From NCBI GenBank assembly GCA_050287085.1, contig JBNKBE010000001.1, positions 386,493 to 450,492 on the forward strand: DNA of 64,000 nt, written 5' to 3'. The notes under the pieces were generated by a model that worked only from the letters and a program-made list of their open reading frames with translations, was not told where the DNA came from and ran no database searches. The translations under genes and the position numbers were made by a program. Within the stretch, counting starts at the first letter, position 1. Each line of letters begins with the position of its first letter. The stretch comes from Polyangiaceae bacterium (GTDB lineage: Bacteria > Myxococcota_A > Polyangia > Polyangiales > Polyangiaceae). This document shows, in pieces, positions 9,778 through 19,516 of this stretch.

Positions 9778-10641
9778 TCAACCGCCAATCCCCATTCGCC
9801 CGAGGTAGTCGGCAATGGTATCGAGCTCTCCGCGCAGGAGTTGACCGCCCACTGGCGATGACGGGTTGAGGTGCAATGCCTCGACTCGTCGCGCCGCCCC
9901 CGCCAGCAACAACCGAATGCCAGACACCAATAGGTAGGGATCGCCGGGCGGAACAAACTCGTCCAGCGCGGCTCGGCTGCTGAAGGCAACCCACTCAAAG
10001 CGATCCTTTTCCGGCCCCCACTGACGAGGCCGAGGTTCGGCGTCGGGCCCGTCGGCGACCTCTATCGGTAGATAGAACCACGCATTGATGCACTCCTGAT
10101 AGACTCGCGTGCGCGACGCTTGGTCCCGAGCCTTCGCCAGTTTGCGCATTGCATCGATCAAAGAAGCCTCATCGAGTTGCGGCTCAGGAGCGATTTCGAC
10201 GTCGCAGCGCTCGACGTCTTCCTGCAGAAGCTCGGTGACAACGCGACAGGCATCGAGCGCAATCTGCCGATCGCTCGACGGACCCGCCGCGTAGTCCACC
10301 GCAAAGTGCGAGGAACGCTCGGCGCGGTGAGCCCCGAGCGCGCGCAACAGAGCACGACGCTCCGAGTCCAGCGGCTTCAGCCCAGGCAGAAACGGATCGC
10401 TTGGAACTCGCAATGTCGCAACGCCCGGGGACGGCATTGCGATCTCCAAACGCGTCAGCCCAGCCGCCACTACGACGCGACGGTCCGAGTACACCCGAAG
10501 ACCGCCTGTGGGCCTATCCTCGGCCATTCGCCGAAGCTCGGTGACATGAGCCTGCACCCGTCGCTGCAGTGGAGAAGACGGCTCAAAAAGGCGACGGGCA
10601 ACCCCGATAAGCTGCTCCCGCACGCGGGAAATGGAACGCAT
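9778..10641 (-). CDS. SseB-like C-terminal domain protein
   Basis: C-terminal pattern FYLPI...WVAFSSRAALDEF...LHLNPSSPVGGQL resembles SseB N-domain proteins. Lies just downstream of the PhzF-family gene on the same strand. Confidence 0.65.
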   Translation of the reverse strand: MRSISRVREQLIGVARRLFEPSSPLQRRVQAHVTELRRMAEDRPTGGLRVYSDRRVVVAAGLTRLEIAMPSPGVATLRVPSDPFLPGLKPLDSERRALLRALGAHRAERSSHFAVDYAAGPSSDRQIALDACRVVTELLQEDVERCDVEIAPEPQLDEASLIDAMRKLAKARDQASRTRVYQECINAWFYLPIEVADGPDAEPRPRQWGPEKDRFEWVAFSSRAALDEFVPPGDPYLLVSGIRLLLAGAARRVEALHLNPSSPVGGQLLRGELDTIADYLGRMGIGG

Positions 10642-10652
10642 TGCTCGAGTGC

Positions 10653-11573
10653 TCAAAGATGCAAATGACCGTCGCACACGAGGACAGCTGTACCGCCGAC
10701 CCGCACCGCAACCGAGCGCTCGCCTCGGGCGTTGACCTTGACCTGAAGGAGTGAGCGCCGAGAACGCCCGGCGCCGCGCTCAGCCGCAAAGCTATGCTCG
10801 GGACCACTCACTTGGCAGAGATACCCAGCAAAGGCGGGGATGGAAGAACCGATGGGTGGGTCCTCATTGACGCCAATATTGGGCCCGAGTAGCCGGCAGT
10901 GGTAGCCCGAGGAATCAAACTCCGTCTCGGTCGTGAACAGCAACGCCTGGTGTGACAAGGTCGCTGGCGCGGCCGATTGCGACCATGCCCGGTAGTCGAA
11001 TTTGGCACGTCGCACCGCTGCAAAGGAGCGAATCGGAACGATCAAGTAGGGCTTGTCAGCCGCTACCACCATGCGCTGATAGCCGTCGAGCCCCAGCTCG
11101 CTTGGAGATAGTGAGAAGATGCCAGCGAGCTCTTGATCGGTAGGCGTATAGCGATCGATCGAGTAGTTGGAGCTGAGACCAAACTCTGAGCGCCGCCTCC
11201 CCCCAGGATCCGAAACGGTGATGTGAATCGGCCCCACCGTCTCCTCGAAGATGAAGCGAAGGGAATCGTTTTCCAACGTCGTGCACGCCATGTCGGCCGT
11301 GATGTCGCCAATAGTCGTCAACACATGAGCTGCCGCCAGTGTCGGATGCCCCCCAAAAGGGATCTCTTCCCGCGGATTGAAAATGCGCAAACGCTTCGCG
11401 TGTTCGCGGCTCATCGGCGGCAGCGCGAACACCGTTTCACTTAGGTTGAACTCGCGAGCGATGTTCTGCATCTGGGCATCCGTCAGCCCGCTCGCGTTGG
11501 GGATGACCGCAATCTGTGCCCCCTCGAACGTCTTATCCGTGAAGGCGTCTACCGTATAGTATCGAATACGCAT
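10653..11573 (-). CDS. PhzF-family epimerase/isomerase
   Basis: YYTVDAFT..FEG, MQNIAREFNLSETVF, RIFNP..EIPFGGHPT, EDPPIGS, VRVGGTAV. AGGA SD upstream. Confidence 0.9.
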   Translation of the reverse strand: MRIRYYTVDAFTDKTFEGAQIAVIPNASGLTDAQMQNIAREFNLSETVFALPPMSREHAKRLRIFNPREEIPFGGHPTLAAAHVLTTIGDITADMACTTLENDSLRFIFEETVGPIHITVSDPGGRRRSEFGLSSNYSIDRYTPTDQELAGIFSLSPSELGLDGYQRMVVAADKPYLIVPIRSFAAVRRAKFDYRAWSQSAAPATLSHQALLFTTETEFDSSGYHCRLLGPNIGVNEDPPIGSSIPAFAGYLCQVSGPEHSFAAERGAGRSRRSLLQVKVNARGERSVAVRVGGTAVLVCDGHLHL

Positions 11574-11730
11574 GGTTGTCCTGTAGTTCTGAACGCTTGA
11601 CTGGTGCGGTGCGGGTCGACCCTAGCACACCGCCTGCAGAAACCAGCCCCCACAAAACGGCGAGAGCTGACGGCGGGGCCGCTTCGATTGCACTTGTTCT
11701 GCTCAGCTTTGGCGCGCGTGGTCCGTTCCC

Positions 11731-11970
11731 ATGGAGGTAATGTCTACGCCACCGTTGTGTACTAGCGGTTTCGTGCTGGGCGCCGCTCTCACAGCGGCGC
11801 AGATCCCAGGGGGGGTGGTACTCTTGTTCGTGGCCGCCGGAGGGGTCATCGCAAGCAGTCTCTCAAAGCGCCGCTCCGGCGCGCAGGCCTCCTGTCCAGT
11901 GCGAGCCATGGCCCCTCCTCCACAGCCGAGCCCCCTGGGAGCACACGGCTCGCTTCGCCCTCCGCTCTAG
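11731..11970 (+). CDS. Possible small membrane protein
   Basis: Hydrophobic stretch GFVLGAALTAAQIPGGVVLLFVAAGGVIA followed by KRR. Fills an otherwise empty gap. Confidence 0.3.
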   Translation: MEVMSTPPLCTSGFVLGAALTAAQIPGGVVLLFVAAGGVIASSLSKRRSGAQASCPVRAMAPPPQPSPLGAHGSLRPPL

Positions 11971-12103
11971 CGTCAGCGCCCCGGGCTCCCGTCGGGCCGC
12001 AAAAAAGGCAACGGCGAAGCGCGTGACCCCCAGGAGGCCCTGCCTTGGTGGCCCCCGCAAGTCTCTGGTCGGAGGCGTCATCCTTAGGCTACGCTCCGCA
12101 GCC

Positions 12104-12517
12104 GTGTCCTGGCTAGTGAAGACCGAGCCCGACGAATTCAGCTACGACGACCTCGCGGCGCGCAGTACCGCCGTGTGGGACGGCGTACGCAACGTGGAGG
12201 CACGCAATCACCTGCGCCGCATGGGCGTAGGCGACCGCGTTCTGGTCTACCATACCGGAGCCCAGCGCGCCGTGGTGGGCCTGGCGCGCGTGGCCCGCGA
12301 GGCTTTCCCGGACCCTACGGCGAATAGCCCAATCTGGTCTGCTGTTGAACTCGCCGCCTGCTCCCCTCTGCCTCACCCGGTGTCGCTACGCACCCTCAAG
12401 ACGCGGAGCGAATTCGCGGACTGCCCCCTCGTGCGCCGTCCACGCCTGAGTGTGATGCCGATCGAATCGGAGCTCTTCGACGAGATCCTGCGCTTGGCCA
12501 AGGGCGGCACCGACTAG
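12104..12517 (+). CDS. EVE-domain protein
   Basis: WLVKTEPDEFSYDDL, WDGVRNVEARNHLRRM..GD.VLVYH, PDPT, PRLSVMP. GTG start at 12104. Confidence 0.92.
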   Translation: MSWLVKTEPDEFSYDDLAARSTAVWDGVRNVEARNHLRRMGVGDRVLVYHTGAQRAVVGLARVAREAFPDPTANSPIWSAVELAACSPLPHPVSLRTLKTRSEFADCPLVRRPRLSVMPIESELFDEILRLAKGGTD

Positions 12518-12748
12518 CGCCTGCCATCCTCGGACCCGCTCGCCCGCCGCCGGGTCTTTCGGGCGCGCGCTCCCCCCCATGTTGTACGGAGTGCTCGCCC
12601 GCCCACATCGGCGTCGGGTCGGGCCCGAGCGACGAGTGTGGCTGTATTTGGAGAACACCTGGTATCGGCCCGGGTCGACGCCGGTCGAACCGAACGAAGT
12701 CCAACAAAGCAGTTGACCCGACTGTGCCTCAGCGAGAGTCTGCCCCCC

Positions 12749-14857
12749 ATGCGACGTCGCCGTTTTCTCAGCGCGCTGCCTATCGCCACAAGTGGAATAG
12801 TGCAGGCATGCAACGGCCCAAACCTGGGGGACGCCAATGCAGCTTCAGGAAGCTTCTTCCCTCAGTCGGTTGCATCTGGCGATCCGCGTCCCCACAGCGT
12901 AGTGCTCTGGACGCGCGTATTCGATCCCGAACGTCCAGGGCCGTTGAGCGTAGAGCTACAAGTGGCGACGGAATCGGATTTTCAGCACTTGCTAGCGCTC
13001 TCGGGCCGTTCCGCACTCACGGCAGACGCGGAGAACGACTTCTGCGTGAAAGTGCGACTTGACGACCTTGCGCCGGATCAGACGTATTACTATCGCTTCG
13101 TGTATCGCCGCAACGACGGTACTTATACGTCCCGGGTTGGCCGCACCAAGACCGCTCCGCTTGAAGACTCGGAGCGCTCCATTCGCTTCGCCGTGATGTC
13201 GTGCCAAGACTATGGCGGCCGCTACTATCACGCTCAGCGCAACGCCAGCGAGCAAGCCCTGGACTTCGTGCTTTTTCTCGGCGACTACGTCTACGAGACC
13301 ACCGCAGATCCGCGTTTTCAGACCGACGACGCCGAAAGACGCGTCGTCTTCGACGACAGCTCCGGCGCCCTGAAACTGAGCGAGGATGAACTCGCGGCAC
13401 GCAGTTTGGATAATTACCGGCAGCTGTACCGCGTCTATCGCAGCGACGCGAACCTGCAGGCGCTCCATGAACAGCACCCCATCGTCGCCATCTTGGACGA
13501 TCACGAGTTCACTGACGACGGCTACGGGCAAACGGGTACCTACACCGCCGGTGAGAAAGACGAGCGGGATCCGAAGAGACGCGCCAACGCCGACCAAGCT
13601 TGGTTCGACTATATGCCGGTGGACTATCCAGCTGGCCCTGATTTCGTATTCGATCGCGAGGCGCCTTTTCCCGAGAACCTGCAACTGTACCGAGACTTCA
13701 GTTTTGGCCGACACCTGCACCTCGTCGTGACCGATTTGCGACGCTATCGGAGCGGCCACGTGCTGGTAGGAAACGAGCTTCCTGGAGCCATCGCTGTCGA
13801 TGAGGAGGTCCTGATGCGCTGGGGGGAAGCGCCGGATTTCGCAACGCCCTACCTCGACCTGGACCGCTACGACAATGGCCGGCTTCGGGACGCTCTGCTC
13901 ACCGCCCTCGCTCGAGCCCCTTTGCCCGGCTGGGACAGCACTCAGCTCCACGGACTCATGAGCGTCGACTTCATCACGACCTTGGCACAGGAACTCGAGC
14001 TGGACCTCGACCCGATTCCGAGCGATGACCTTCCCCGCGGTATCGCCTTCGGAGCGACCGGAAAGACCGAGGCCTATTCGGCTCAGGGCTCACGCTACCT
14101 GGTCGCGGAAGCGGCGTTCCAGCTGATCGCCCGAGCCCGGTGGGAAGACAGTGACGGCCAAAGCGAAGAGGTCATGGGAGCAGAGCAGGAGCAATGGTTT
14201 CTCGAGACCCTGCGCAACTCCAAGTGTACGTGGAAGGTGTGGGGCAATCAGTACACCCTGATGCGGCGCGTGGCCGATCTGTCGCGACTTCCCGTGCCGG
14301 AGGCCCTCGCTCAGCGATTCCTCACCTCCGCGGACGACTGGGATGGCGCGCCCAACCGACGCGCAGCCATATTGTCCGAGCTGGACGCCGTCGACAACCT
14401 CGTGGTCGTCACCGGCGACCTGCATTCCTTTCTGGTAGGCAATCTCGGCACGGAATCCGGCAGTCGCATCGTAGAAATCGTTGCCGGCGCCCTGACGTCA
14501 GCCACCTTCGGCGCCATCCTCGCCGCGGGGCTCGTGGACAACCTCACCGACGCAGGCGCCGGCACGCTAGCGCTCGCCGCCAGCAACGCCGCGTCGTTAT
14601 TGCTCAGTCAGAACCCGCACATCGCCTTCGGGAATCTGGATGACAATGGCTACGCCATCGTCGAAGCCGGTCCCGACGCACTCAAGGTCCAGCTTCGCAT
14701 GTTGTCGCGCGAAGCGGTGGCGCAGACCCGCTACCACGAGAGCGACTTCTCTCAGGTAGAACTCACCGTCAAAGCCGACAGCGGTCGGGTATTTCGCGGA
14801 CTGCCAGGAGCAGAACGTCGTTTCGACCCCGAACAAGGCCGCTGGATCGAGGCTTAG
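12749..14857 (+). CDS. phoD: Alkaline phosphatase D family, Tat-exported probable lipoprotein
   Basis: MRRRRFLS Tat signal, FPQSVASGDP...VVLWTR, GRTKT, SCQDY, LGDYVYE, DDHE, DDWDG, VVVTGDLH. Confidence 0.92.
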   Translation: MRRRRFLSALPIATSGIVQACNGPNLGDANAASGSFFPQSVASGDPRPHSVVLWTRVFDPERPGPLSVELQVATESDFQHLLALSGRSALTADAENDFCVKVRLDDLAPDQTYYYRFVYRRNDGTYTSRVGRTKTAPLEDSERSIRFAVMSCQDYGGRYYHAQRNASEQALDFVLFLGDYVYETTADPRFQTDDAERRVVFDDSSGALKLSEDELAARSLDNYRQLYRVYRSDANLQALHEQHPIVAILDDHEFTDDGYGQTGTYTAGEKDERDPKRRANADQAWFDYMPVDYPAGPDFVFDREAPFPENLQLYRDFSFGRHLHLVVTDLRRYRSGHVLVGNELPGAIAVDEEVLMRWGEAPDFATPYLDLDRYDNGRLRDALLTALARAPLPGWDSTQLHGLMSVDFITTLAQELELDLDPIPSDDLPRGIAFGATGKTEAYSAQGSRYLVAEAAFQLIARARWEDSDGQSEEVMGAEQEQWFLETLRNSKCTWKVWGNQYTLMRRVADLSRLPVPEALAQRFLTSADDWDGAPNRRAAILSELDAVDNLVVVTGDLHSFLVGNLGTESGSRIVEIVAGALTSATFGAILAAGLVDNLTDAGAGTLALAASNAASLLLSQNPHIAFGNLDDNGYAIVEAGPDALKVQLRMLSREAVAQTRYHESDFSQVELTVKADSGRVFRGLPGAERRFDPEQGRWIEA

Positions 14858-15003
14858 GGAATCGGTAGCCGCCGCGCGCACGATCATAGGCGCACCCAGC
14901 CAAGAGAAAACCGTGTCAAACTGACTTGGTGCTGCTGTGGAGCCACTGTCCACCACACTTGACGCTTCCATCATCCTCCAGCCGAATTGGGCCCGTCCAT
15001 AAG

Positions 15004-15019
15004 CGGCACGGCGCTTGCC
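15004..15019 (+). promoter_or_regulatory. Candidate sigma54 promoter for the double-LuxR gene
   Basis: CGGCACGGCGCTTGCC differs from the consensus only at the first base. Predicted +1 is about 15030, and the ATG is at 15032. Confidence 0.65.
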
Positions 15020-15031
15020 TCTTGGGAGTGC

Positions 15032-15826
15032 ATGGTCGTCCACTACGCTGCCTTCGCCCCCGCCCTAAGCCCCCTGAACCTAGGTCCCCTTCAGCCCCGA
15101 ACCCCATTTGATACCAACCCTTCCGAGCTCCGTGAACACATTCTCAGAGACGCAACGCTTCGAGAGTATGCTCTGCGCGAAGGGGGGCCTGCCCAGCCCT
15201 CACTCGAACAGTCCTCCTGGCCCCAGGACTACGTCGCCCTCAATTGGCATGACGTGTGGAAGCGCACGCTCAGCGCCGAGCTTCGCTACCGTTCCGCACT
15301 GTGGTCGGAGGGACGTTGCGTGGTGGTGTTTCGACGAGGGCAACCCGGACAGCGCCACCTCGCCCTGACCGCGCGGGAGCGCGCGATCCTCACCCGAACG
15401 CTCCACGGCGATCGTCAGAAGCTGATCGCAGCCGAGGCCCGCATCGCAACCTCAACCGTTGCCAACTGCCTGAAAGCCGCCATCCTCAAGCTTGGGTTCA
15501 AGAACCGCCTGGAGGCGGCTCCCCTGGCAGCTCTGGTGGTGTCGCGCGAGCGAGGCTCCGTCGACTCGACCGGGCCCGTGCTTTCGATAGGTCCCGGAGA
15601 GCTGGTTGTGGCGGCAGCTCCGGAGCCCCGCTGGAGCCGACTGCCAACCATCACGGCCAGTGAACGCGCTATCTGCATCGCCATCATCCAGGGCGGCTCC
15701 AACTCGGAAATTGCGGCCCAACGCAATAGCTCCGTACACACGGTAGAAAACCAGGTTGCATCGGTCTTCCGCAAGTTGGGGGCCAGCGGTCGATTCGACC
15801 TGCTACGCCTCCTCTACAGCAGCTAG
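15032..15826 (+). CDS. Transcriptional regulator with two LuxR/GerE-type HTH domains
   Basis: LTARERAIL...KLIAAE...STVANCLKAAILKLG and ITASERAIC...GGSNSEIAAQRNSSVHTVENQVASVFRKLG. Confidence 0.85.
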   Translation: MVVHYAAFAPALSPLNLGPLQPRTPFDTNPSELREHILRDATLREYALREGGPAQPSLEQSSWPQDYVALNWHDVWKRTLSAELRYRSALWSEGRCVVVFRRGQPGQRHLALTARERAILTRTLHGDRQKLIAAEARIATSTVANCLKAAILKLGFKNRLEAAPLAALVVSRERGSVDSTGPVLSIGPGELVVAAAPEPRWSRLPTITASERAICIAIIQGGSNSEIAAQRNSSVHTVENQVASVFRKLGASGRFDLLRLLYSS

Positions 15827-15919
15827 GGGCGGTGCCGTTTGTTTCCCCTCCGCGCTGGCTAGCGACGCGCGGCGGCAGCCGCCCTGCGTTCCGGCCCGCG
15901 GGGTGCCAACTGTGGTTGA

Positions 15920-17500
15920 CTATTTGCCCCTGGCGAGTCCAAAAGATTTGAGAAGGTTGTAGACGTGCGCTCGGGTCAGGTCGAGCTCGCGGGCAACAGC
16001 CGCAACGTTCCAGTCCTTCTCCTCCAATGCCGCGGCCAAGAGCTGGCTCTGGAAACGGCGGGTTTGTTCGTGGAAGCTCAATCTGCGGTCTCCTGGACTG
16101 AACTGCGCAGTCCCAGGAAATAGATGCACCGGCTCCACCTGAACCGCACGCGCCGCTGAAGCGCGAATCGCTCCAATCTCAACGGCGTGAGCTAGCTCTC
16201 GAACGTTGCCCGGCCAATCCCGAGCGGTCAGCTCCCGTTTTGCCGCTGGAGAAAGCGAAACCGGCGCCAGGGTATGCTGGCGAATGGCCTGCTCACAAAA
16301 ATGGACGGCCAGTTGCGCGACATCCTCTTGCCGCTCAGCAAGCGACGGAACGCGCAATGGGAGCACATTGAGTCGATAGTAGAGATCCTCGCGAAACCCT
16401 TGTTCGCGGATCGCCGCTTCCAGATCCACGTTGGTTGCAGCGATAACCCGCACGTCGGCTCGCAGCGGCTTGGAGCTACCCAGTGGGTAGTAGGCCTTCG
16501 TCTGCAGCAGCTGCAACAGCTTGGCCTGAGCGGAAACGCTGAGCTCGGTGATTTCGTCCAGGAAAAGGGTTCCACCTTGGGCGGCGGCAACCTTGCCTTC
16601 AATGCGTGCAGTGGCCGTCGAATGAGCGCCCGCAAAAGCTCCGAATAGCTCGCTCTCGGTCAGGTTTTCCGGAATGGTGGCACAATTGATTTCGACAAAC
16701 GGGCCAGAGGAGCGTGCGGAATTGGTATGAATAACGTGAGCCAGCTGGCTCTTTCCCGTTCCAGTATCGCCACGAATCAGCAAACAGAGATCGAGCGGCG
16801 CGGCTAGCTCAACCTCGCGCAGGAGATGCGCAAGGGCCGAGCTGGAGCCAATGATCGATCCCACTTTGAGTCGTCGTCGCACGTCGGAAATCGGGCTCCT
16901 TGCCGCCTCCCGTGCGCGAGCGAAGAGGCGCTGAACCAGTGGCTCTATATGGTGTGCGAAGAGCTCGGCACGGCGCACGTCCGCCTTGCCGAAAGGTCCC
17001 GATTCCTTTCTACCCTGGAGATACAATACCCCCACAGGCGCTTCCTGCCCCAGAGGCGCACATAAGACGGCCTCGATCTTGGAGCGCCGTACCGAAGCGC
17101 GGTCTTTGAATCGAGGATCCAACAAGGCAGAGGGGACCGCCAGAATCTGTCCCTTTGCGACGGCGTGCGCGATAATCCCGCTCGATACCGTATCTCGAAT
17201 ATGCTCCACTTCCTCTGGGGAGCATCCGGCTGCAAGGTAAACGGGTTCGCTATCGCCGTCCCGTGTGGGATCGCTCAACTCCAGGTAACCCCGTTCGGCG
17301 GCAACGCTCTTCGTGATCAGCGCGAGAGCTTGAGCCATGAAGCTCTCTAGAACGTCCTCCTCGCCGAGGGTGAGCAGCCCCAAGTAGAGGTCTCGTTCGC
17401 ACTCGAGCCGCTCGAGCTGAAGCCTGAGTTCTCCTAGCTGAGGCCTGAGTTCGTCGTCCGCTATTGTCACCCACGTCTCCGCGCAAAGAAGGACCAGCAT
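15920..17500 (-). CDS. GAF + AAA+ sigma54-interaction + Fis HTH regulator (GAFTGA replaced by GAHSTA)
   Basis: GAF domain (AVLCAPLG...VGVLYL), Walker [30 protein letters not shown] and a C-terminal HTH. Confidence 0.9.
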   Translation of the reverse strand: MLVLLCAETWVTIADDELRPQLGELRLQLERLECERDLYLGLLTLGEEDVLESFMAQALALITKSVAAERGYLELSDPTRDGDSEPVYLAAGCSPEEVEHIRDTVSSGIIAHAVAKGQILAVPSALLDPRFKDRASVRRSKIEAVLCAPLGQEAPVGVLYLQGRKESGPFGKADVRRAELFAHHIEPLVQRLFARAREAARSPISDVRRRLKVGSIIGSSSALAHLLREVELAAPLDLCLLIRGDTGTGKSQLAHVIHTNSARSSGPFVEINCATIPENLTESELFGAFAGAHSTATARIEGKVAAAQGGTLFLDEITELSVSAQAKLLQLLQTKAYYPLGSSKPLRADVRVIAATNVDLEAAIREQGFREDLYYRLNVLPLRVPSLAERQEDVAQLAVHFCEQAIRQHTLAPVSLSPAAKRELTARDWPGNVRELAHAVEIGAIRASAARAVQVEPVHLFPGTAQFSPGDRRLSFHEQTRRFQSQLLAAALEEKDWNVAAVARELDLTRAHVYNLLKSFGLARGK

Positions 17501-17633
17501 TACGACGTCTGCACCAGCTGGGTCAATCGGCCAATGGATGCCAAACGCATTGCAGAGAAGGGGCCGGCGAGATCCCGCGAGACCGCAGACGTGGTATCCT
17601 CCTTGTCATCTCTACCGACGGCCGCGGCCCGCG

Positions 17634-18092
17634 ATGAAGTCCCCCCCTACCGAAACGCCCCGTTACGTTGTGCTACTGCGGCATGGTCACGCCGTGGACG
17701 GAGCGACCGACTTTGAGCGCCCGCTGTCGAAGCACGGTCGGCGCGACGTGCAGCAAAGCGCCGCCGAGCTAGTTGCTTGGACGCCGGCCTCGCCGCACAT
17801 CGTCTGCTCAAGCGCGCGCCGCGCCCTCGAAACGGCAGAAATCATTGCGAGTGCATTGCAGGTCGGACTTGATGCCCGTGCCGACCTATACCTGGCGGAG
17901 CCAGAGCTCTATGTGCGTGCCTTGGCTTCCCAGTCGGACGCCTATACCACGCTGATTCTGGTCGGACACAATCCTGGGCTCTCGGAGCTCGCCACACGCC
18001 TGAAGCGAACACCCTGCAGCTTGGCAACAGCCGCCTATTGCGTTCATGAATGCCACGGCTCGTGGCGAGACTGGGGCACGAGCCAAACCTAG
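17634..18092 (+). CDS. sixA: SixA-like phosphohistidine phosphatase
   Basis: LLRHGHA, DFERPLS..GR, SSARRALETA, LVGHNP. Confidence 0.88.
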   Translation: MKSPPTETPRYVVLLRHGHAVDGATDFERPLSKHGRRDVQQSAAELVAWTPASPHIVCSSARRALETAEIIASALQVGLDARADLYLAEPELYVRALASQSDAYTTLILVGHNPGLSELATRLKRTPCSLATAAYCVHECHGSWRDWGTSQT

Positions 18093-18427
18093 TGCAGACC
18101 TGATGGCTCGAGCGCTGGAGGGGCCCGCGGATGGGAGAGTCCGGGCCGGCGGCTCAGCGCCCGGCACCCTGATGCGCGCACTCGCCCAACAAGCCGGAAG
18201 GGCCCGTCGGGGCAAAAAAGCGGCTCCGCACCGGTCGAAGCAGACCGACGCACAAAGGCACACAGCTGCTTGTCAGCCTACTTCAGACTGCGGTAGAGGC
18301 AGTCGCCAAGGAGCAGGCATCGCGGTGGATCTGTCGCCATCGGTCGATCGCCAGCCCGGGTGGGCCCCATCGAGCAAGACGCTCGGCACGAGCCCGCGCG
18401 CCAATCCAACAACGAAAAAAGGTAATC

Positions 18428-19357
18428 ATGAACCTCAGCATCCAACACAAGGCTCTCGCTGTGATCGGCTCAACCAGCGCCCTGCTGCTCGCCCAGCAAG
18501 CGGCCGCGCAAGACGTGCCCGCGGGGTTGGCCACGCAAGCCCCTGCGACGTCCGGCTCAACCGACGTGGCGGCAGAAGGCTTCCAGCAGGCGGCCGAAGT
18601 CCCCGAAGAATTGACGGACGCGACCGAAGCGACGCTTTCTGCGGGTGCGCTCTTTGCGTCTGGTAACGCCAACTCAATCGCCGTCACCGGCTTGGGCCAG
18701 CTTCGAATCCGCCGGGCGCATCATCAGGTAGGAGCTGAGCTGGCCGTCAATCAGACGCACTCCGACAATCCTGAAAGCTCGGGTATCGACTACGAGCCGA
18801 CTGTCGACAACTACCAAGGCCGCGTGCGCTACGACTACTTCGTGGCCGAGCACTTCTCGACATTTCTGCAGGTTACGGGCCGCCAAGACCAGTTCCAGGG
18901 GCTCATTCTGCGCCTCAACATCGATCCGGGCCTCGCCTACTACTTCATCGACAGCACGCGCCAGCAGCTGTGGGGAGAACTGGGCTACGACTTCCAATAC
19001 GACAGCCGCTACGATGCATATCTAAATCAGGCAGAGGCCGACACCGACGTCCGACCCGACAAGACCGCCTCGCGTCACTTTGCTCGTGGCTTCGTGGGTT
19101 ATGCCAATAGCCTGAGCGAATCGGTCAACTTCCGAACGACGCTCGAACTGCTTCAGGGCCTCGCTCCTTTCCGCGACGAGGACACCGACAACGTGAACCT
19201 ACGCCTGAACTGGGATGGCGCGCTGACCGCCAAAGTCTCGGACAAGTTCAGCATCGCGACAACGGTTCAGGTCAAGTACGACAACAACCCGTTCTCGGAG
19301 ACGATCAAGAATACCGACGTCACGAGCGCCGTCAATCTCGTCTACTCGTTGATGTAG
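18428..19357 (+). CDS. DUF481 (YdiY-like) outer-membrane beta-barrel
   Basis: Signal peptide, SGNANS, RYDYF, D.FQG...R..IDPGLAYYF, YDNNP and C-terminal VNLVYSLM. Confidence 0.85.
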   Translation: MNLSIQHKALAVIGSTSALLLAQQAAAQDVPAGLATQAPATSGSTDVAAEGFQQAAEVPEELTDATEATLSAGALFASGNANSIAVTGLGQLRIRRAHHQVGAELAVNQTHSDNPESSGIDYEPTVDNYQGRVRYDYFVAEHFSTFLQVTGRQDQFQGLILRLNIDPGLAYYFIDSTRQQLWGELGYDFQYDSRYDAYLNQAEADTDVRPDKTASRHFARGFVGYANSLSESVNFRTTLELLQGLAPFRDEDTDNVNLRLNWDGALTAKVSDKFSIATTVQVKYDNNPFSETIKNTDVTSAVNLVYSLM

Positions 19358-19392
19358 ACTTCTGCGCGCGACTTTCGCGCTCCTCCCCAGCG

Positions 19393-19418
19393 ACCCGCCC
19401 GATCTCCGGGCGGGTTTG
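19393..19418 (+). terminator. GC-rich hairpin, probable terminator of the DUF481 gene
   Basis: ACCCGCCCG-ATCTC-CGGGCGGGT followed by TTG. The U-tract is short. Confidence 0.5.
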
Positions 19419-19516
19419 CTCGCGCTCAGGCCCTGTTACCTTCGTGGTGAAAACAGAGCTGACCGCGCCCCAAATCGCGTCGTTCTGGCCAGAATGTTTC
19501 GTGCTAAGCGTGGCGC

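Noticed and set aside
10653..11573. Phenazine biosynthesis cluster
   Set aside because: A lone PhzF-family gene with no phzA/B/D/E/G.
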